A DNA stretch of 64,000 nucleotides, taken from positions 22,785 to 86,784 of IMG/VR virus record IMGVR_UViG_3300031753_000002, one strand, 5' to 3'. The stretch is from a virus. The notes below the pieces were generated by a model. The model was not told where the DNA came from and ran no database searches. It saw nothing but the letters and a program-made list of their open reading frames with translations. Shown in pieces: positions 46,431 through 57,416 of this stretch. The position numbers and the translations under genes are program-made. The stretch's first letter is position 1. Each line of letters begins with the position of its first letter.

Positions 46431-48263
46431 ATGGCGGACAAAACTCGAAGGGTGCATGTCGTCCGGTGCAAGGACCCTAATAACTCCGATACGTGGGTGG
46501 ACGTGAAAGTCCTTGACAAGATCGTCTATTATCGGAACTCGGGCGGCAAGACGATGTTCACGCAGCCTACAACGCGTGAAGAAAATCTTTTGGAGGGGCT
46601 TTCCGCCAACGTGATCCCATACATCGTTGACGACACCCCCGGCGGCCCACACGCCAAAGGCGGGGCCAATAAATTCTCCCGGCGCTCACACATGAAACGC
46701 ATGGTCAATCCCGATGACCCAACTCAGATGCTCGACGCGGAAATCCTGGACAGCTTTGCCTATCGAGGAACGAACGGGCGCGAAACCGGATTATCGTGCT
46801 CTGTACTGAAATCCAAGCCGGCAATTATCGACCCGACCGGTCACGGGCTTGACATTGCCCCCGATGGGAACACGTCAATTAAGCTTCGCTGTGACCAGAT
46901 TGTCAAAGACGCAACACCCGGTGCCTCGGGGGGCGCTACTCAGTCCTCTGGCGCCGTAGGAGCATCAGGCGCGCCGTACCTGATCACAGAGCGGGTAGAG
47001 AAGATGGCTTGGAAGGGGACGAACGCTGAGGAAAACATTTGGCTCTGCCCACAAGGGGACCTTACGGAAATCGACTCCACCAAATACACGACCGATGCGG
47101 AGGGGAACAAAGTCCCGCCCGACAATACCGACCAGAACGTCTACATCTCATTCCCGGACAAGGACCATGGCGGACCGAGTTCGGGACCGTGGCTCGGCAA
47201 GGGCGCACCGCTTCGGCAGGGACCGCTTTGGTGGGTTGTCAACGCCCATGGCGGCCATGATCTTTACGCGCTGTTCTGCGTGTCGCTCGACCTCGGCTAC
47301 CTGGGGCAGGCGGTCGGAGATTTTCGCATCTTCATTCATGATGCGAATTTCCCGGTGTTCGGCGACGGGACAATCTGGCACTATCCGTATTTTGCACCGC
47401 CTTTCGGTGTGGGCCGGGCTGCGCCGGATAACGCGGCGGCGGGCGCGCCCATACCCCAGCCGGAAGGGGCGCCGCGCGCGCCATCGATCACCAATACGAT
47501 CTATGGCAATCTGGACGACTATTTCAAGTATTACTACTCATGGTGTCTGCATCCGTGGAGCACGGGAGGTGGCACGCCGGCCAACACGGCAACCGGCATG
47601 CCCGGCTTCTTTGGTTCCGGCGGGGTGAACGTGTTCGGCATCAACCTGACCAAAGTCCGTGCCCTTCTTGGACGGGACAATACTGGATACGATAAACCGA
47701 TCACCTTCACCGTGAGCACAGAAGGCATCCCCGACCGGACTGATATCGGCGCCTTCACATATTCATACCTCGATTTGGGCTTCGGTGGAATCGTGGCTGA
47801 TCACTTGGGAGGCACCGGAACGACTCCGGTGGTTACGCCGGGCAATCGTGCGCCGCAACAGTCACCGGGTTTTGTGCTAGGTCAGATAGCCCCTGTTCAA
47901 TTCGACAGCACTACGGACTACACCAATTTCGTGTTAGCCGCACTCGGGTTCTACACGGTCAGTTGCACTCCGCCCTTCCAGTTTTTCAGTCAGGATCATT
48001 CGTTTTTCTATTTCAACGACAGCCTGGGATCGCCGGATATCGTCCCATATATCAAGTCAACCGCGTCCGTGAATCTCCCGATCGTGGCCTTGCACAATAC
48101 CTTCACCGAGACCGGCAATTATTTTTCTGATCCTGGCTTTGCTCCTATCATCAACGTCTCGATCGGTCCGCGCGGCATCAACCCCGGCGACCCGGATAAC
48201 CGAATCGACTTGTCCGGCAGCTTCGGCAGCAACGAGAACAATTTCCAGTTGTTCGGCATATAG
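46431..48263 (+). CDS. tail tip-associated protein with N-terminal internal repeats
   Basis: RRVHVVR..DP..DTWVDV.VLD / RRSHMKR..NP..TQMLDA.ILD repeats. Confidence 0.7.
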   Translation: MADKTRRVHVVRCKDPNNSDTWVDVKVLDKIVYYRNSGGKTMFTQPTTREENLLEGLSANVIPYIVDDTPGGPHAKGGANKFSRRSHMKRMVNPDDPTQMLDAEILDSFAYRGTNGRETGLSCSVLKSKPAIIDPTGHGLDIAPDGNTSIKLRCDQIVKDATPGASGGATQSSGAVGASGAPYLITERVEKMAWKGTNAEENIWLCPQGDLTEIDSTKYTTDAEGNKVPPDNTDQNVYISFPDKDHGGPSSGPWLGKGAPLRQGPLWWVVNAHGGHDLYALFCVSLDLGYLGQAVGDFRIFIHDANFPVFGDGTIWHYPYFAPPFGVGRAAPDNAAAGAPIPQPEGAPRAPSITNTIYGNLDDYFKYYYSWCLHPWSTGGGTPANTATGMPGFFGSGGVNVFGINLTKVRALLGRDNTGYDKPITFTVSTEGIPDRTDIGAFTYSYLDLGFGGIVADHLGGTGTTPVVTPGNRAPQQSPGFVLGQIAPVQFDSTTDYTNFVLAALGFYTVSCTPPFQFFSQDHSFFYFNDSLGSPDIVPYIKSTASVNLPIVALHNTFTETGNYFSDPGFAPIINVSIGPRGINPGDPDNRIDLSGSFGSNENNFQLFGI

Positions 48264-48272
48264 GAGCGGATC

Positions 48273-48455
48273 ATGGCCGATAAGGATGATTACGCTGCCC
48301 TTGTGGCAATGCACGACAAGAATACCTCCACGGATCGCTCGGCACGGTACACCATGCTCGCCGATGCCCTCAAGCGGACTCCGGGCAGGCCCATTAACCC
48401 TGTGTTGACACAGCCGCCGCGCTTTGTTAACCAAGTTTCGCGGAGCAAGTCATGA
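48273..48455 (+). CDS. hypothetical protein
   Basis: AGGAG SD; ATGA coupling. Confidence 0.55.
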   Translation: MADKDDYAALVAMHDKNTSTDRSARYTMLADALKRTPGRPINPVLTQPPRFVNQVSRSKS

Positions 48456-49774
48456 CCGACCAAATCACGTATCGGACAAATGACAACACGCGTTGGGGGC
48501 CGGGCCAAGGTTCGGACCTCAGCGCGACGCAAATTGATATCAACTTTTGGTCTCTTTTCAGCGCGGTCGAGGCATTGCAGGACCATGCCGTCACATCGGA
48601 AATTGCCTATTTTAATGTGGTGAGCAGCCAACTCTATGTCCATTTCACGGACCATACCGTTCTCGGGCCGTACACGCTCCCGACTGCATCGTGGAATTTC
48701 CGCGGAGCGTGGACGCCGAATACCGGCTACGCCGTCATGGATGTGGTCACCATCAACGGGGCCGGCTCGCTTTATTTGGTCCTTGTCCAGCACACAAGCG
48801 CGGCCACGTTCGATCCGAATGCCGGCGATGGCTTGGGACACTATCTTTATGGCCTCTTGATCACGCAGCCGTCGAACGCGCTTCCGACTGGCGGAATCCA
48901 GGGTCAAGTCCTCACGAAAAATTCGCTTGCTAACTACGATGTGATTTGGTCAGACCCGATTCGCGGCGCGACCTTCATCGGCCTCGACGGCGATGATGGC
49001 GACGAAGGGATGCAGGGACCCCCCGGCAGCACGGGTGGCACGGGTGCGTCCGGCTCGCCGGGCGGCGCAACCGGAGCCACGGGCGCCACGGGCGCCTCGG
49101 GCGGCACCGGGGGCACGGGCGGCACGGGCGGCACGGGCGGCACAGGGTCGTCCGGGACGCCGGGTGGTCCTCCGGGGTCCACAGGCGCCACGGGGGCCAG
49201 CGGCGCCTCCGGGACGCCGGGCGGACCTCCAGGCCCGGTCGGGCCGTTCGGCCCCCAAGGCGATGACGGGGAGGAATCGTTCGTTCCCGGTCCGGTCGGG
49301 GCGACCGGGGCGACCGGAGGTCCCGGCCCGATGGGGCCGCCCGGATTCGCAGGGGATGACGGCGATGACGGTCAAGCCTACTACGGCACGGGTCCCATGG
49401 GCGGCACGGGCGGCACGGGCGCCTCGGGCGTTGTCGGTGTTCAGGTCACCGTCCAGGATGTTACGGCGTCCAGTACCAGCCTCACAATCGACCGCAGTCT
49501 CGGGGAAATTATCGAACTAACTCTCAGTTCGAACATCTCAGTGGCGATGACCATCAGCAATCCGGCGGCCGATGACACATTGACCAAGATCACGCTAATC
49601 ATAGCGAGCACGGGTGCGTACAACATCACCGCATGGCCGAGCGGCACGATTTGGCCCGGCGGTACCGCGCCGACCATCACGTCCGGCAGCGGAAAGAAGG
49701 ATGTAATTATCCTGATTTCCGCAGACGGCGGCACGACTTGGTACGGCAACACGGCGGGACAGAATTTCTCATGA
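48452..49774 (+). CDS. collagen-like tail fibre protein
   Basis: N-terminal L...IDINF anchor, FRGAW..YAV.DVV, Gly-X-Y region, C-terminal ITAWP...WPGGTAP...DGGTTWYG. Confidence 0.85.
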   Translation: MTDQITYRTNDNTRWGPGQGSDLSATQIDINFWSLFSAVEALQDHAVTSEIAYFNVVSSQLYVHFTDHTVLGPYTLPTASWNFRGAWTPNTGYAVMDVVTINGAGSLYLVLVQHTSAATFDPNAGDGLGHYLYGLLITQPSNALPTGGIQGQVLTKNSLANYDVIWSDPIRGATFIGLDGDDGDEGMQGPPGSTGGTGASGSPGGATGATGATGASGGTGGTGGTGGTGGTGSSGTPGGPPGSTGATGASGASGTPGGPPGPVGPFGPQGDDGEESFVPGPVGATGATGGPGPMGPPGFAGDDGDDGQAYYGTGPMGGTGGTGASGVVGVQVTVQDVTASSTSLTIDRSLGEIIELTLSSNISVAMTISNPAADDTLTKITLIIASTGAYNITAWPSGTIWPGGTAPTITSGSGKKDVIILISADGGTTWYGNTAGQNFS

Positions 49775-50541
49775 CCGTAGCTCTCGACAACAACTCTACT
49801 TATTATGCCAGAACTAATTTTGGCAAGAACGGCTCTCATATTTCGGGAACCGTCACCCTCTCGACGGCCGGTACGGGCCGCATTGTTCTTGTTCACATCG
49901 CGAGTGAACTTGACCTCAATAGCAACTATTCAACAGTTTCAACCGTCACTGCCAGCGGTTTGACATTTGCAAAACTCGCGTCGTTTACGAGCGCAGATGT
50001 GAGTCATCCACATGCTGGCCAGGATACGCAGCAAGCTTTCGAGGTTTGGTGGGCATACGCCTCCGCTCAACTATCTGGAACAGTGATAACTGTTACAATG
50101 TCGCAAATCCCGGATGTTTGTGAGGTTTATGCGTTTGCAGTTTCAGGCCAGAATAGCAACACCAATCCGTTCGATTCTGGCTCAGTGGCGAACGCGTCAA
50201 ATGCTACATCTACCGGGTCTCAGGTTTCAGTAACCGGCTTCTCGACCTCTCAAGCGAGTGATATGATCATCCAAATGGGAAGCAGTGATGCGTTTGTCAC
50301 CCCGGCCGCACCGGGAACAGGTTGGACTCAACTACAACATCAGTTCAACTATCAAGACTCTTGGGATAATTACTGCAACCTATTCGGACAGTACAAGAAT
50401 GTTTCAAGCACTCAAAGCAACATCACTTGTTCGTTCGATTCAACGAGTACACAATATTGGAATTCAATCGTGTACGCGATCACTGCGAGCGGAAGCGGAC
50501 CAATCGTCGCTCCGTGGATAGCCAATTTGTTCGGAGTCTAA
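49771..50541 (+). CDS. Ser/Thr-rich beta protein, fibre-associated
   Basis: ATGA coupling to the fibre gene. Confidence 0.7.
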   Translation: MTVALDNNSTYYARTNFGKNGSHISGTVTLSTAGTGRIVLVHIASELDLNSNYSTVSTVTASGLTFAKLASFTSADVSHPHAGQDTQQAFEVWWAYASAQLSGTVITVTMSQIPDVCEVYAFAVSGQNSNTNPFDSGSVANASNATSTGSQVSVTGFSTSQASDMIIQMGSSDAFVTPAAPGTGWTQLQHQFNYQDSWDNYCNLFGQYKNVSSTQSNITCSFDSTSTQYWNSIVYAITASGSGPIVAPWIANLFGV

Positions 50542-50559
50542 AAACGAAGGGAGAGTATC

Positions 50560-51231
50560 ATGAAACATCAGTATAAGCCTGGAAATTGGTATCTGCCGCC
50601 CGGCTACGGCTCAATTCAGCAACCAACTGCCATTGGTGGTTTATACCCATTGGAGCCGGACCCCACGGTATTATATCTATTTCCATTTCTTGCGGATCAA
50701 GATTTTGATATTTCCGCATTGGGGGCGTTTTTGACGGGGAGCAGCGATCTATCGAATACAATCAATTTCCAATGCGCAGTCTATAATGATGATGAATGGG
50801 CGCCGACTGGCCTCCCTATGGCGGCTACTGGAAACATCCATGTGAACGCTACCAATATAACCGGAGGATTTGGCGGTGATCTAACCTCACCAATCAGCAT
50901 CGAGAAAGACAACCTGTATTGGCTTGGCTTGATGGCTGACAGGGCCAGTCCGAGCGGCGGAGGGGATAATTACTTTATTGGAGTTGATGCCGAGAACTCG
51001 GAAATGGCCCGCCGCGTTGGTTCCTCTACAATCCAGGGACTATGTCCATTTGCAACCGGACCAAACTTTAAGCTCTTAATTGGGATGAAAGTTCCTGGAC
51101 AGACTTATGGAACTTTCCCTGATCCGCGAGGGGCAAATGCGACGCTTCTTGAGGTCCACGCTCGGGACAGCGGCCCTGGTAGTTCTGCCGAAGACCCTAT
51201 TCCGCTTATCGGTTTCCGAGTTAGACCATGA
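50560..51231 (+). CDS. distant paralog of the 33309/34087 head domain
   Basis: NWYLP, PFL, AVYNDD..PT, LYWLGL and QTYGTF motifs shared. Confidence 0.7.
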   Translation: MKHQYKPGNWYLPPGYGSIQQPTAIGGLYPLEPDPTVLYLFPFLADQDFDISALGAFLTGSSDLSNTINFQCAVYNDDEWAPTGLPMAATGNIHVNATNITGGFGGDLTSPISIEKDNLYWLGLMADRASPSGGGDNYFIGVDAENSEMARRVGSSTIQGLCPFATGPNFKLLIGMKVPGQTYGTFPDPRGANATLLEVHARDSGPGSSAEDPIPLIGFRVRP

Positions 51232-51407
51232 CCGGAGCGACAGGGGCAACCGGCGGCGCCGGCAACTGTATTGAGGCGACCGCCGATCCGCAGCGGCTTA
51301 TCGACGAACTCATAGCCGAGACACGCAACACGGACATGGCCGATTTTCTTGAGAACCGGCTGATGTTCATTCGACAGGCCCTTGACAGGGCGTTAACCTT
51401 TCGTTAA
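51228..51407 (+). CDS. 59-aa GATGATG protein of the 7068/8065 family
   Basis: [10 protein letters not shown]...LIDELI...NTDMADFLENRLMFIRQAL; ATGA coupling. Confidence 0.65.
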   Translation: MTGATGATGGAGNCIEATADPQRLIDELIAETRNTDMADFLENRLMFIRQALDRALTFR

Positions 51408-51411
51408 CCAT
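51393..51411. promoter_or_regulatory. CtrA-box-like site
   Basis: TTAA-CCTTTCG-TTAACCAT fits TTAA-N7-TTAA; upstream of 51457. Confidence 0.5.
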
Positions 51412-51456
51412 GCTGGAACGGCACAGCTAAGGCACCGCCGCAAATAGGAGAACACC

Positions 51457-51807
51457 ATGAGCATTCCCGCATTTAAGCGACTGGCCGGGCCTCTCGCCCT
51501 GACCACCACCCTCACCACGAACCTCTACAACCCGGCGTCCGGCATCTTCGCGATTCTGCGCGCCGTGCACGTCGTCAACAAGACGGCCTCCGCGCACAAT
51601 TTCACGATCTACCTTGGCGCGACCGGCGGCACCGCGGCCGGGACCGAGGAATGGTTCCAGAAAAATGTCGCCGCCGATGACGTTTACGATTGGTACGGCA
51701 TGATGGAACTCGGGAATTCCGCGTTCTTGGTCGGCGGCGCCGATGCCAACACTGCGCTGACCATCACCCTCAGTGGCGAAGAGTACGTCGTGGCGCCCAC
51801 GAGCTGA
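51457..51807 (+). CDS. small beta-sandwich virion-type protein
   Basis: AGGAG SD; strong codon bias. Confidence 0.75.
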   Translation: MSIPAFKRLAGPLALTTTLTTNLYNPASGIFAILRAVHVVNKTASAHNFTIYLGATGGTAAGTEEWFQKNVAADDVYDWYGMMELGNSAFLVGGADANTALTITLSGEEYVVAPTS

Positions 51808-52040
51808 TAAGTCCTTGATTTTACTGTACTTTTCTCCAAAAAAGTACAAAAGGTTGATTTCTCCGCGGAGTTGGATTAATAGTTCGGTTCGGTTCCGCGG
51901 AGAATACTAAATGGACATTAACGAAAAAAGACACGCTGCACTTGCTGAGTTAGCTGCTCTCGCATTAGCAAATCGTTCAGAAAATGTATGTGCAGTTCGC
52001 GCTGCATATGCCTCACCGCCGGATTGCTAGGATTCGGTAC

Positions 52041-53138
52041 ATGACCAAGTCCCCGCTGCTCGTTCACGGCATGCACGGAATGGGGGATAACGTGCATCAA
52101 AGAGCAATAATAAGGCAACTGATGGAAGCTCATGAGGTCTTTCTCGGGACCTCATGGGCCTGCATCTATCATGACTTGATCGAGCAAGGGCTGCACGTAG
52201 TTCAACGGCCGACGCGCCTGCGAACTCAGACCAAAAATCAGATACGGGAAGCGGGTCGATTCTACACCGGCCCAATTCCCCGCACGGCGCCGTCGATTCT
52301 GATGCGCTACAATGGGCGTGACTGCCGCCCGACCGTCCTCAAAGCCATGTGCGATTGTGCGCGCGTCGATTACGATCGCGCGGATTTCCGGCTGCCCGTC
52401 CCCGAAGCTTGGTGCGCCGCGGCCGACAAGCTGATCGCCGATTGGGGCGTCCCGGACGACAAGCCCCTGATGATCTATCGGCCGCTGACCTCGCGCCCGG
52501 AGTGGAACGGCGGCCAATTGCGGAACGCCGACCCCGAGGCGTACGCCGAATTGCTCGCCACGATCCGTGACCACTTTTTCGTAGTTTCGCTCGCCGACCT
52601 CGCGCCGGGCCAAGAATGGATTGTCGGGCCGCGCTTCAAGGCCGACGTGATTATCGAGGACGGTAGCCTTCCATTCGAGACGCTCGCCGCGCTGATCGAG
52701 TCGGCCGACCTCATGTTCACGTCGGGTGGTTTCGGCGCGGTCCTGGCGCCGGCTGTCGGCACTCCCGTCATTTCGATCTACGGTGGCTACGAGCGCGCCC
52801 AATGGGTCACCGAAAGCAGCGCACGGTTCGCCCCGTGCCTCGGGATTGAGCCGATCAAGCCGTGTGACTGCGCGTCGTCCGGTTGCCGCACTTACGGCCG
52901 CGGCTGTGACAAGCGCATCGATATTCCGGCCGCGATTGCCTGCATCAAGACCTTCGTCGAGTCGCTCGGCCTCCCCACGTCCGGGGAGGCTCGTCCGTGG
53001 AGTGAATATCACGAAACCATCGTTCCACAAACTGAGCGTCCGCTTCGTGCGGCACCACTACCGGAGGGTCAAGTCTCGCGCACAGAACAGCGTCGTAAGC
53101 GTGAAATCATGCTGCAACAGATGGGGCGAAAAGCATGA
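52041..53138 (+). CDS. GT9 (heptosyltransferase-like) glycosyltransferase
   Basis: HGMGDNVHQ N-terminal motif; ALIESADL...APAVGTPVISIYG. Confidence 0.8.
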   Translation: MTKSPLLVHGMHGMGDNVHQRAIIRQLMEAHEVFLGTSWACIYHDLIEQGLHVVQRPTRLRTQTKNQIREAGRFYTGPIPRTAPSILMRYNGRDCRPTVLKAMCDCARVDYDRADFRLPVPEAWCAAADKLIADWGVPDDKPLMIYRPLTSRPEWNGGQLRNADPEAYAELLATIRDHFFVVSLADLAPGQEWIVGPRFKADVIIEDGSLPFETLAALIESADLMFTSGGFGAVLAPAVGTPVISIYGGYERAQWVTESSARFAPCLGIEPIKPCDCASSGCRTYGRGCDKRIDIPAAIACIKTFVESLGLPTSGEARPWSEYHETIVPQTERPLRAAPLPEGQVSRTEQRRKREIMLQQMGRKA

Positions 53139-54160
53139 AACGGCTTCTATTGACTGGCATTGGCGGTTCGATCGGCTGCCATACCATGCGCCATATATTG
53201 CAAAATACCGATTGGGAAATTATCGGCATTGATTCGTTTCGTCATAAAGGCCTCACGGATCGCGTCGAGTTCATGCTAAACGAATATCCCGAGGGCCGTG
53301 CCCGTGTCCGCATCGTTACGCATGATCTCGCTGCGCCGATTTCGAACTTGCTCGCGGCCAAGATCGGTCACGTTGATTACATCATCAACATGGCTTCGCT
53401 ATCCGATGTTCCTGAATCTCTGCTTAGTCCGACATTATTCATCAATACAAACATCGCACTTACTCTGACGATGCTGGAATACGCGCGCATCGCGAAGCCG
53501 GAGATTTTCCTGCAAATTTCAACCGACGAAGTTTACGGGCCGACTGAGATCGAGGCGCGTCGAGAATGGAGTCCCATCGTTCCGTCGAGCCCATACTCGG
53601 CGTCAAAGGCATCCCAGGAAGCTATCGCGATTTCCTATTGGCGCAGTTTCGGCTTGCCGCTGATCATTGTCAATTTCATGAACAACTTTGGCGAGATGCA
53701 ATCGCTTTCAAAATTTCCCGCAATCGTACAACGTAAAGTACGCCTTGGTGAGACCCTTACGATCCACGGGACCCCTGAGCATGTCGGTTCGCGCTTCTAT
53801 ATTCATTCGCGCAACGCTGCCGACGCTTTCTTGTTCCTGTTGCTGCGGGGTGCGCCCTTCAAGCACACCGCCGGAGCCGTCGATCGGCCCGACCGCTATA
53901 ATATAGCTGGCGATAAGAAAGTCAGTAACATGGAGCTAGCCGAGACGATCGCATATCTCGCTGGCTATCCATTTCATTACCGCTTTGAGAATTTTGGTGT
54001 CGGGCGCGCTGGGCATGACAGTCACTACAGTCTTGATGGCCGCAAGTTGGCCGCGCTAGGCTGGAAAGCTCCTATCTCATTTGACGATGCATTAAAAAGC
54101 ACAACGGAATGGTATAATAATCACCCGGAGTGGCTTGACATTCCCGTAAAAGGACCCTAA
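53135..54160 (+). CDS. NDP-sugar dehydratase (RmlB-like extended SDR)
   Basis: LLTGIGGSIG, ISTDEVYG, PSSPYSASK. Confidence 0.88.
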   Translation: MKRLLLTGIGGSIGCHTMRHILQNTDWEIIGIDSFRHKGLTDRVEFMLNEYPEGRARVRIVTHDLAAPISNLLAAKIGHVDYIINMASLSDVPESLLSPTLFINTNIALTLTMLEYARIAKPEIFLQISTDEVYGPTEIEARREWSPIVPSSPYSASKASQEAIAISYWRSFGLPLIIVNFMNNFGEMQSLSKFPAIVQRKVRLGETLTIHGTPEHVGSRFYIHSRNAADAFLFLLLRGAPFKHTAGAVDRPDRYNIAGDKKVSNMELAETIAYLAGYPFHYRFENFGVGRAGHDSHYSLDGRKLAALGWKAPISFDDALKSTTEWYNNHPEWLDIPVKGP

Positions 54161-54271
54161 AATGAAAATTGGTCAGATGCAAGCTACTAACCGGGCAAAC
54201 GGCCCGCGATGCAGAATCCTAGGTTCCTTAAGTCGCGCTAGCGCACACCGGGCGCGTTGCGTCTGACCATC

Positions 54272-55054
54272 ATGCACTACAAATTGCATATTCCGTTTAT
54301 GAACCGTGAAGATTTGCTTCGCGATGCGATCGAGTCGGCGCGTCCGATCGGCAACATCCATGTGTGGGCGAATACCGTCCCATCGCCTGACATTGCAGGC
54401 GTTGGGCACCATGCGCTCCCGCCCCTCCCGAATGTCGCCGTCTTCAATCTGATGATACAATCATCCTGGAACGATGACGTGATGCTTTGGCTTCACAACG
54501 ATGGCCTGATCTTGCCGGGCGTCGGCGAGCGCTTCCTGAGCTATGTCACCGAGCGCCTCGATCAACGCTGGGGCATGGTCATGACGACCTACGACGTGCT
54601 GTGTGCATTCAACATGCGCGCAGTCCGGGAGGTCGGCTATTGGGACACAATGTTTTTCCAGTACACCGTTGACGTGGATTATTACCGTCGTTTGCTTCTC
54701 GCCAATTGGCCGATCTTGCAATTCGGGCCGGGTAATAATGAAGAGGTACAGCACCGGAAGCCGAACGGAGACCCACACGGCGGATCGAATACAATTCAGG
54801 CCGACCCGCTCTACAACTACCGAATCCAATTGCGGAACCACACGGGGATTGACGGGGCCTATTTTATGTGCAAATGGGGCTTGCATGAGAAGCATTGGGC
54901 GGATATAAATGCCGGCTTCAAGCGACCCTTCGACGATTTCGTTGCGACTGGCATGAAGCACCCCGGCAGTTGGCAACGATGGTTCAACGAGTGCTTGGCG
55001 CAGCGTCATCGCGGCGTTCATGAACGTCAAATGCAGAGAGGGTTACGGGCATGA
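54272..55054 (+). CDS. GT-A fold (GT2-like) glycosyltransferase
   Basis: IPF.NR.DLL..AI.S, WLHND, VGYWD..F..Y..D.DY..R. Confidence 0.75.
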   Translation: MHYKLHIPFMNREDLLRDAIESARPIGNIHVWANTVPSPDIAGVGHHALPPLPNVAVFNLMIQSSWNDDVMLWLHNDGLILPGVGERFLSYVTERLDQRWGMVMTTYDVLCAFNMRAVREVGYWDTMFFQYTVDVDYYRRLLLANWPILQFGPGNNEEVQHRKPNGDPHGGSNTIQADPLYNYRIQLRNHTGIDGAYFMCKWGLHEKHWADINAGFKRPFDDFVATGMKHPGSWQRWFNECLAQRHRGVHERQMQRGLRA

Positions 55055-56025
55055 TACAAGGTCAGAAGGTTATCGCGTTTACCCCTTGCGGCCGCAAGCG
55101 CTACATGGATTTGCTGGCGGCGCATGTCGCCCATCAGCACGACCTCGGAAATATCGACGAATGGATTTTGTTCAACAACGCCTATTCGATCGAGGACTCG
55201 ACCTACGCGGCGCAACTTGCGGCGGCCTTCCCGTGGATCACCGTCTTCAATCAGGCGAAGCCGGGCATCCCGGAACACATCGCCGATTTCTACAAGTTCA
55301 TGACGCAGGCTGAGGATGTGATCTATTTCCGGCTCGATGATGATGTGATCTACATTGACGACAGCGCAGTGCCGCGGCTAGTCGATTACCGACTCAAGAA
55401 CCCGGTGCCGTTCCTGGTCTTCCCGACCATCATCAACAACGTGCGGACCAGCTACCATCTGCAACAGGCCGGCGTCGTCCCGATGGAATGGGGCGTTATC
55501 AAAAACGAGATGTGCGACCTGATCGCGTGGAAATCCCCGCACTACGTTTGGAACTTGCATCAGAAGGCGCTCGCCGCGCTTGAGCGCGGTAGCCTCGCCG
55601 AGTTCACCCTGCCGAGCGAAACCTTCACTGATTGGGAGGCAGGCCACATCTCGATCAATTCCTTCGTGATCTTCGGCAAGGACATGCTTGAGTGCACCGT
55701 CCACCGTGACGAAGAAGGCTACCTGTCCCTCTGGCGGCCGAAGGTTCTCAATCGGCAGAACGCTCGCGCAGGCGATGCCTTCGTCATCCATTTCGCGTAC
55801 CACACGCAGACCGAATTCATGGACAAGTCTGGCATGCTCGGGGACTACACCAAGTTCTCGCCGGGCCTGCCCTTCCGCACCATCCGCCTCGCGCCGCCGC
55901 TTGTCGCCGCGGCACCGGACCCTCCGTCGCCTCCGCCCCCGAACCCGAATTTATCGCTCGTTTCTCGCGTCCTGCAACGCCAGATGCGTGAACGCGAACT
56001 GCAACTGAGAGGACTGAAAGCCTAA
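55051..56025 (+). CDS. GT-A-like glycosyltransferase, copy 1
   Basis: GRKRYMDLL, YFRLDDDVIYID, HFAY. Confidence 0.7.
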   Translation: MIQGQKVIAFTPCGRKRYMDLLAAHVAHQHDLGNIDEWILFNNAYSIEDSTYAAQLAAAFPWITVFNQAKPGIPEHIADFYKFMTQAEDVIYFRLDDDVIYIDDSAVPRLVDYRLKNPVPFLVFPTIINNVRTSYHLQQAGVVPMEWGVIKNEMCDLIAWKSPHYVWNLHQKALAALERGSLAEFTLPSETFTDWEAGHISINSFVIFGKDMLECTVHRDEEGYLSLWRPKVLNRQNARAGDAFVIHFAYHTQTEFMDKSGMLGDYTKFSPGLPFRTIRLAPPLVAAAPDPPSPPPPNPNLSLVSRVLQRQMRERELQLRGLKA

Positions 56026-56499
56026 ATGCCGATAACCAACGCAGAGAGCTGCGCCCGATTTGCTGCCGCCCATCCCGATCGGATTAAGGCGATCAATCGT
56101 GAGCAATACGCGTTTCGGCGCGAACACGTGCCAGAATATAACCACTGGCAAAATATGAAAAAGAGATGTAGAAGCGGACATAGAAATTGGGGCGGGCGCG
56201 GCATTCGAGTCTGTGCTAAATGGGAGAGTTCATTCACCGCATTTCTGATTGACATGGGGCCGCGGCCATCATCAAAGCATTCGATAGAGCGCGTTCGAAA
56301 CAACGAAGATTATGATCCAGAAAACTGCATATGGGCTGTGGTGAAAGTTCAGAACCGAAATCGGAGAGATAATCGCCTCTTAGAGTTCAACGGGAAAGTC
56401 CAGTGTTTAGCGGCATGGGCCGAAGATACCGGAATTCCTTACGCAACAATCTACTGGCGGTACGCTCATGGCCGCACACCTGCGGAGGTATTGGCATGA
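56026..56499 (+). CDS. HNH endonuclease
   Basis: W.NMKKRC...WGGRGIRVC..W...DMGPRP...SIER..N..Y.PENC.W. Confidence 0.88.
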   Translation: MPITNAESCARFAAAHPDRIKAINREQYAFRREHVPEYNHWQNMKKRCRSGHRNWGGRGIRVCAKWESSFTAFLIDMGPRPSSKHSIERVRNNEDYDPENCIWAVVKVQNRNRRDNRLLEFNGKVQCLAAWAEDTGIPYATIYWRYAHGRTPAEVLA

Positions 56500-57416
56500 C
56501 ACAGCACGTTCTTGTGACCGGCGGAGCCGGATTCATTGGAAGCCATGTCGCGGAGCAATTGCTCCGCGACGGCTATAAAGTCACCGTGCTGGACAACCTC
56601 AGCACCGGCAAGAGGGAATGGATTCCAGAAGGCGCCGGCTTCATTGAGGGGAGTGTGCTGGACCTGGACTTGCTTCGGGAATGCTGCAAAGCGTCGAGCG
56701 GAGTTTTTCATCTCGCCGCAATGAGCCGGGTTCTGCCGTCGCTCCACGGCGGTCCTGAGTCAGCGCTGTTCTCGGCCGAACAGAACATCACCGGCACTCT
56801 CAACGTATTGGTCGCCGCGGCCGAGGCCAAGGTCCGCAAGGTGGTCTATAGCGCATCCTCGACCTATTACGGGAACATGCCGGCTCCGCATTGGGAGAGC
56901 ATGCTGCCCGGCTGCCACACGCCCTATGGCATCAGCAAGTACGTCGGCGAGCTTTATGCGCGGCAGTTCTCACGCATGTACGGCCTGCCGACCATGAGCC
57001 TCCGGTATTTCCAGGTGTACGGCCCACGCTGCCCGAGCAAGGGCGAGTACGCCATGGTGTCTAGCATTTTCATTGAGCAAGCGCTCCGCGGCGAGCCGCT
57101 GACCATTCACGGCGACGGGAAGCAGCGCCGCGATTTCGTGCACGTTTCCGACGTGGCGATGGCAAACGTGCGAGCTTTCGAAAGCAACGTTGGCGATGGC
57201 GAGATTATCAACGTCGGGCGCGGCGAGAGTTTCTCGATCAAGGAATTGGCCGACCTGATATCACCTAACCAAATCACACTGCCGACGCGGGCCTTCGATA
57301 TGAAGGAAACGTTGGCAGATACTTACAAGTGCCAACAGATGCTTCGCTGGACCCCCCAAATCGGCTTCGTACAGGGAACGCAATCTCTGATGCGTACTAT
57401 GGGATTGACAAAATGA
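56496..57416 (+). CDS. NDP-sugar 4-epimerase (GalE/WbpP-like SDR)
   Basis: VTGGAGFIGSH, YSASSTYYG, PYGISK, GDG.Q.RDFVHV. Confidence 0.9.
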   Translation: MTQHVLVTGGAGFIGSHVAEQLLRDGYKVTVLDNLSTGKREWIPEGAGFIEGSVLDLDLLRECCKASSGVFHLAAMSRVLPSLHGGPESALFSAEQNITGTLNVLVAAAEAKVRKVVYSASSTYYGNMPAPHWESMLPGCHTPYGISKYVGELYARQFSRMYGLPTMSLRYFQVYGPRCPSKGEYAMVSSIFIEQALRGEPLTIHGDGKQRRDFVHVSDVAMANVRAFESNVGDGEIINVGRGESFSIKELADLISPNQITLPTRAFDMKETLADTYKCQQMLRWTPQIGFVQGTQSLMRTMGLTK

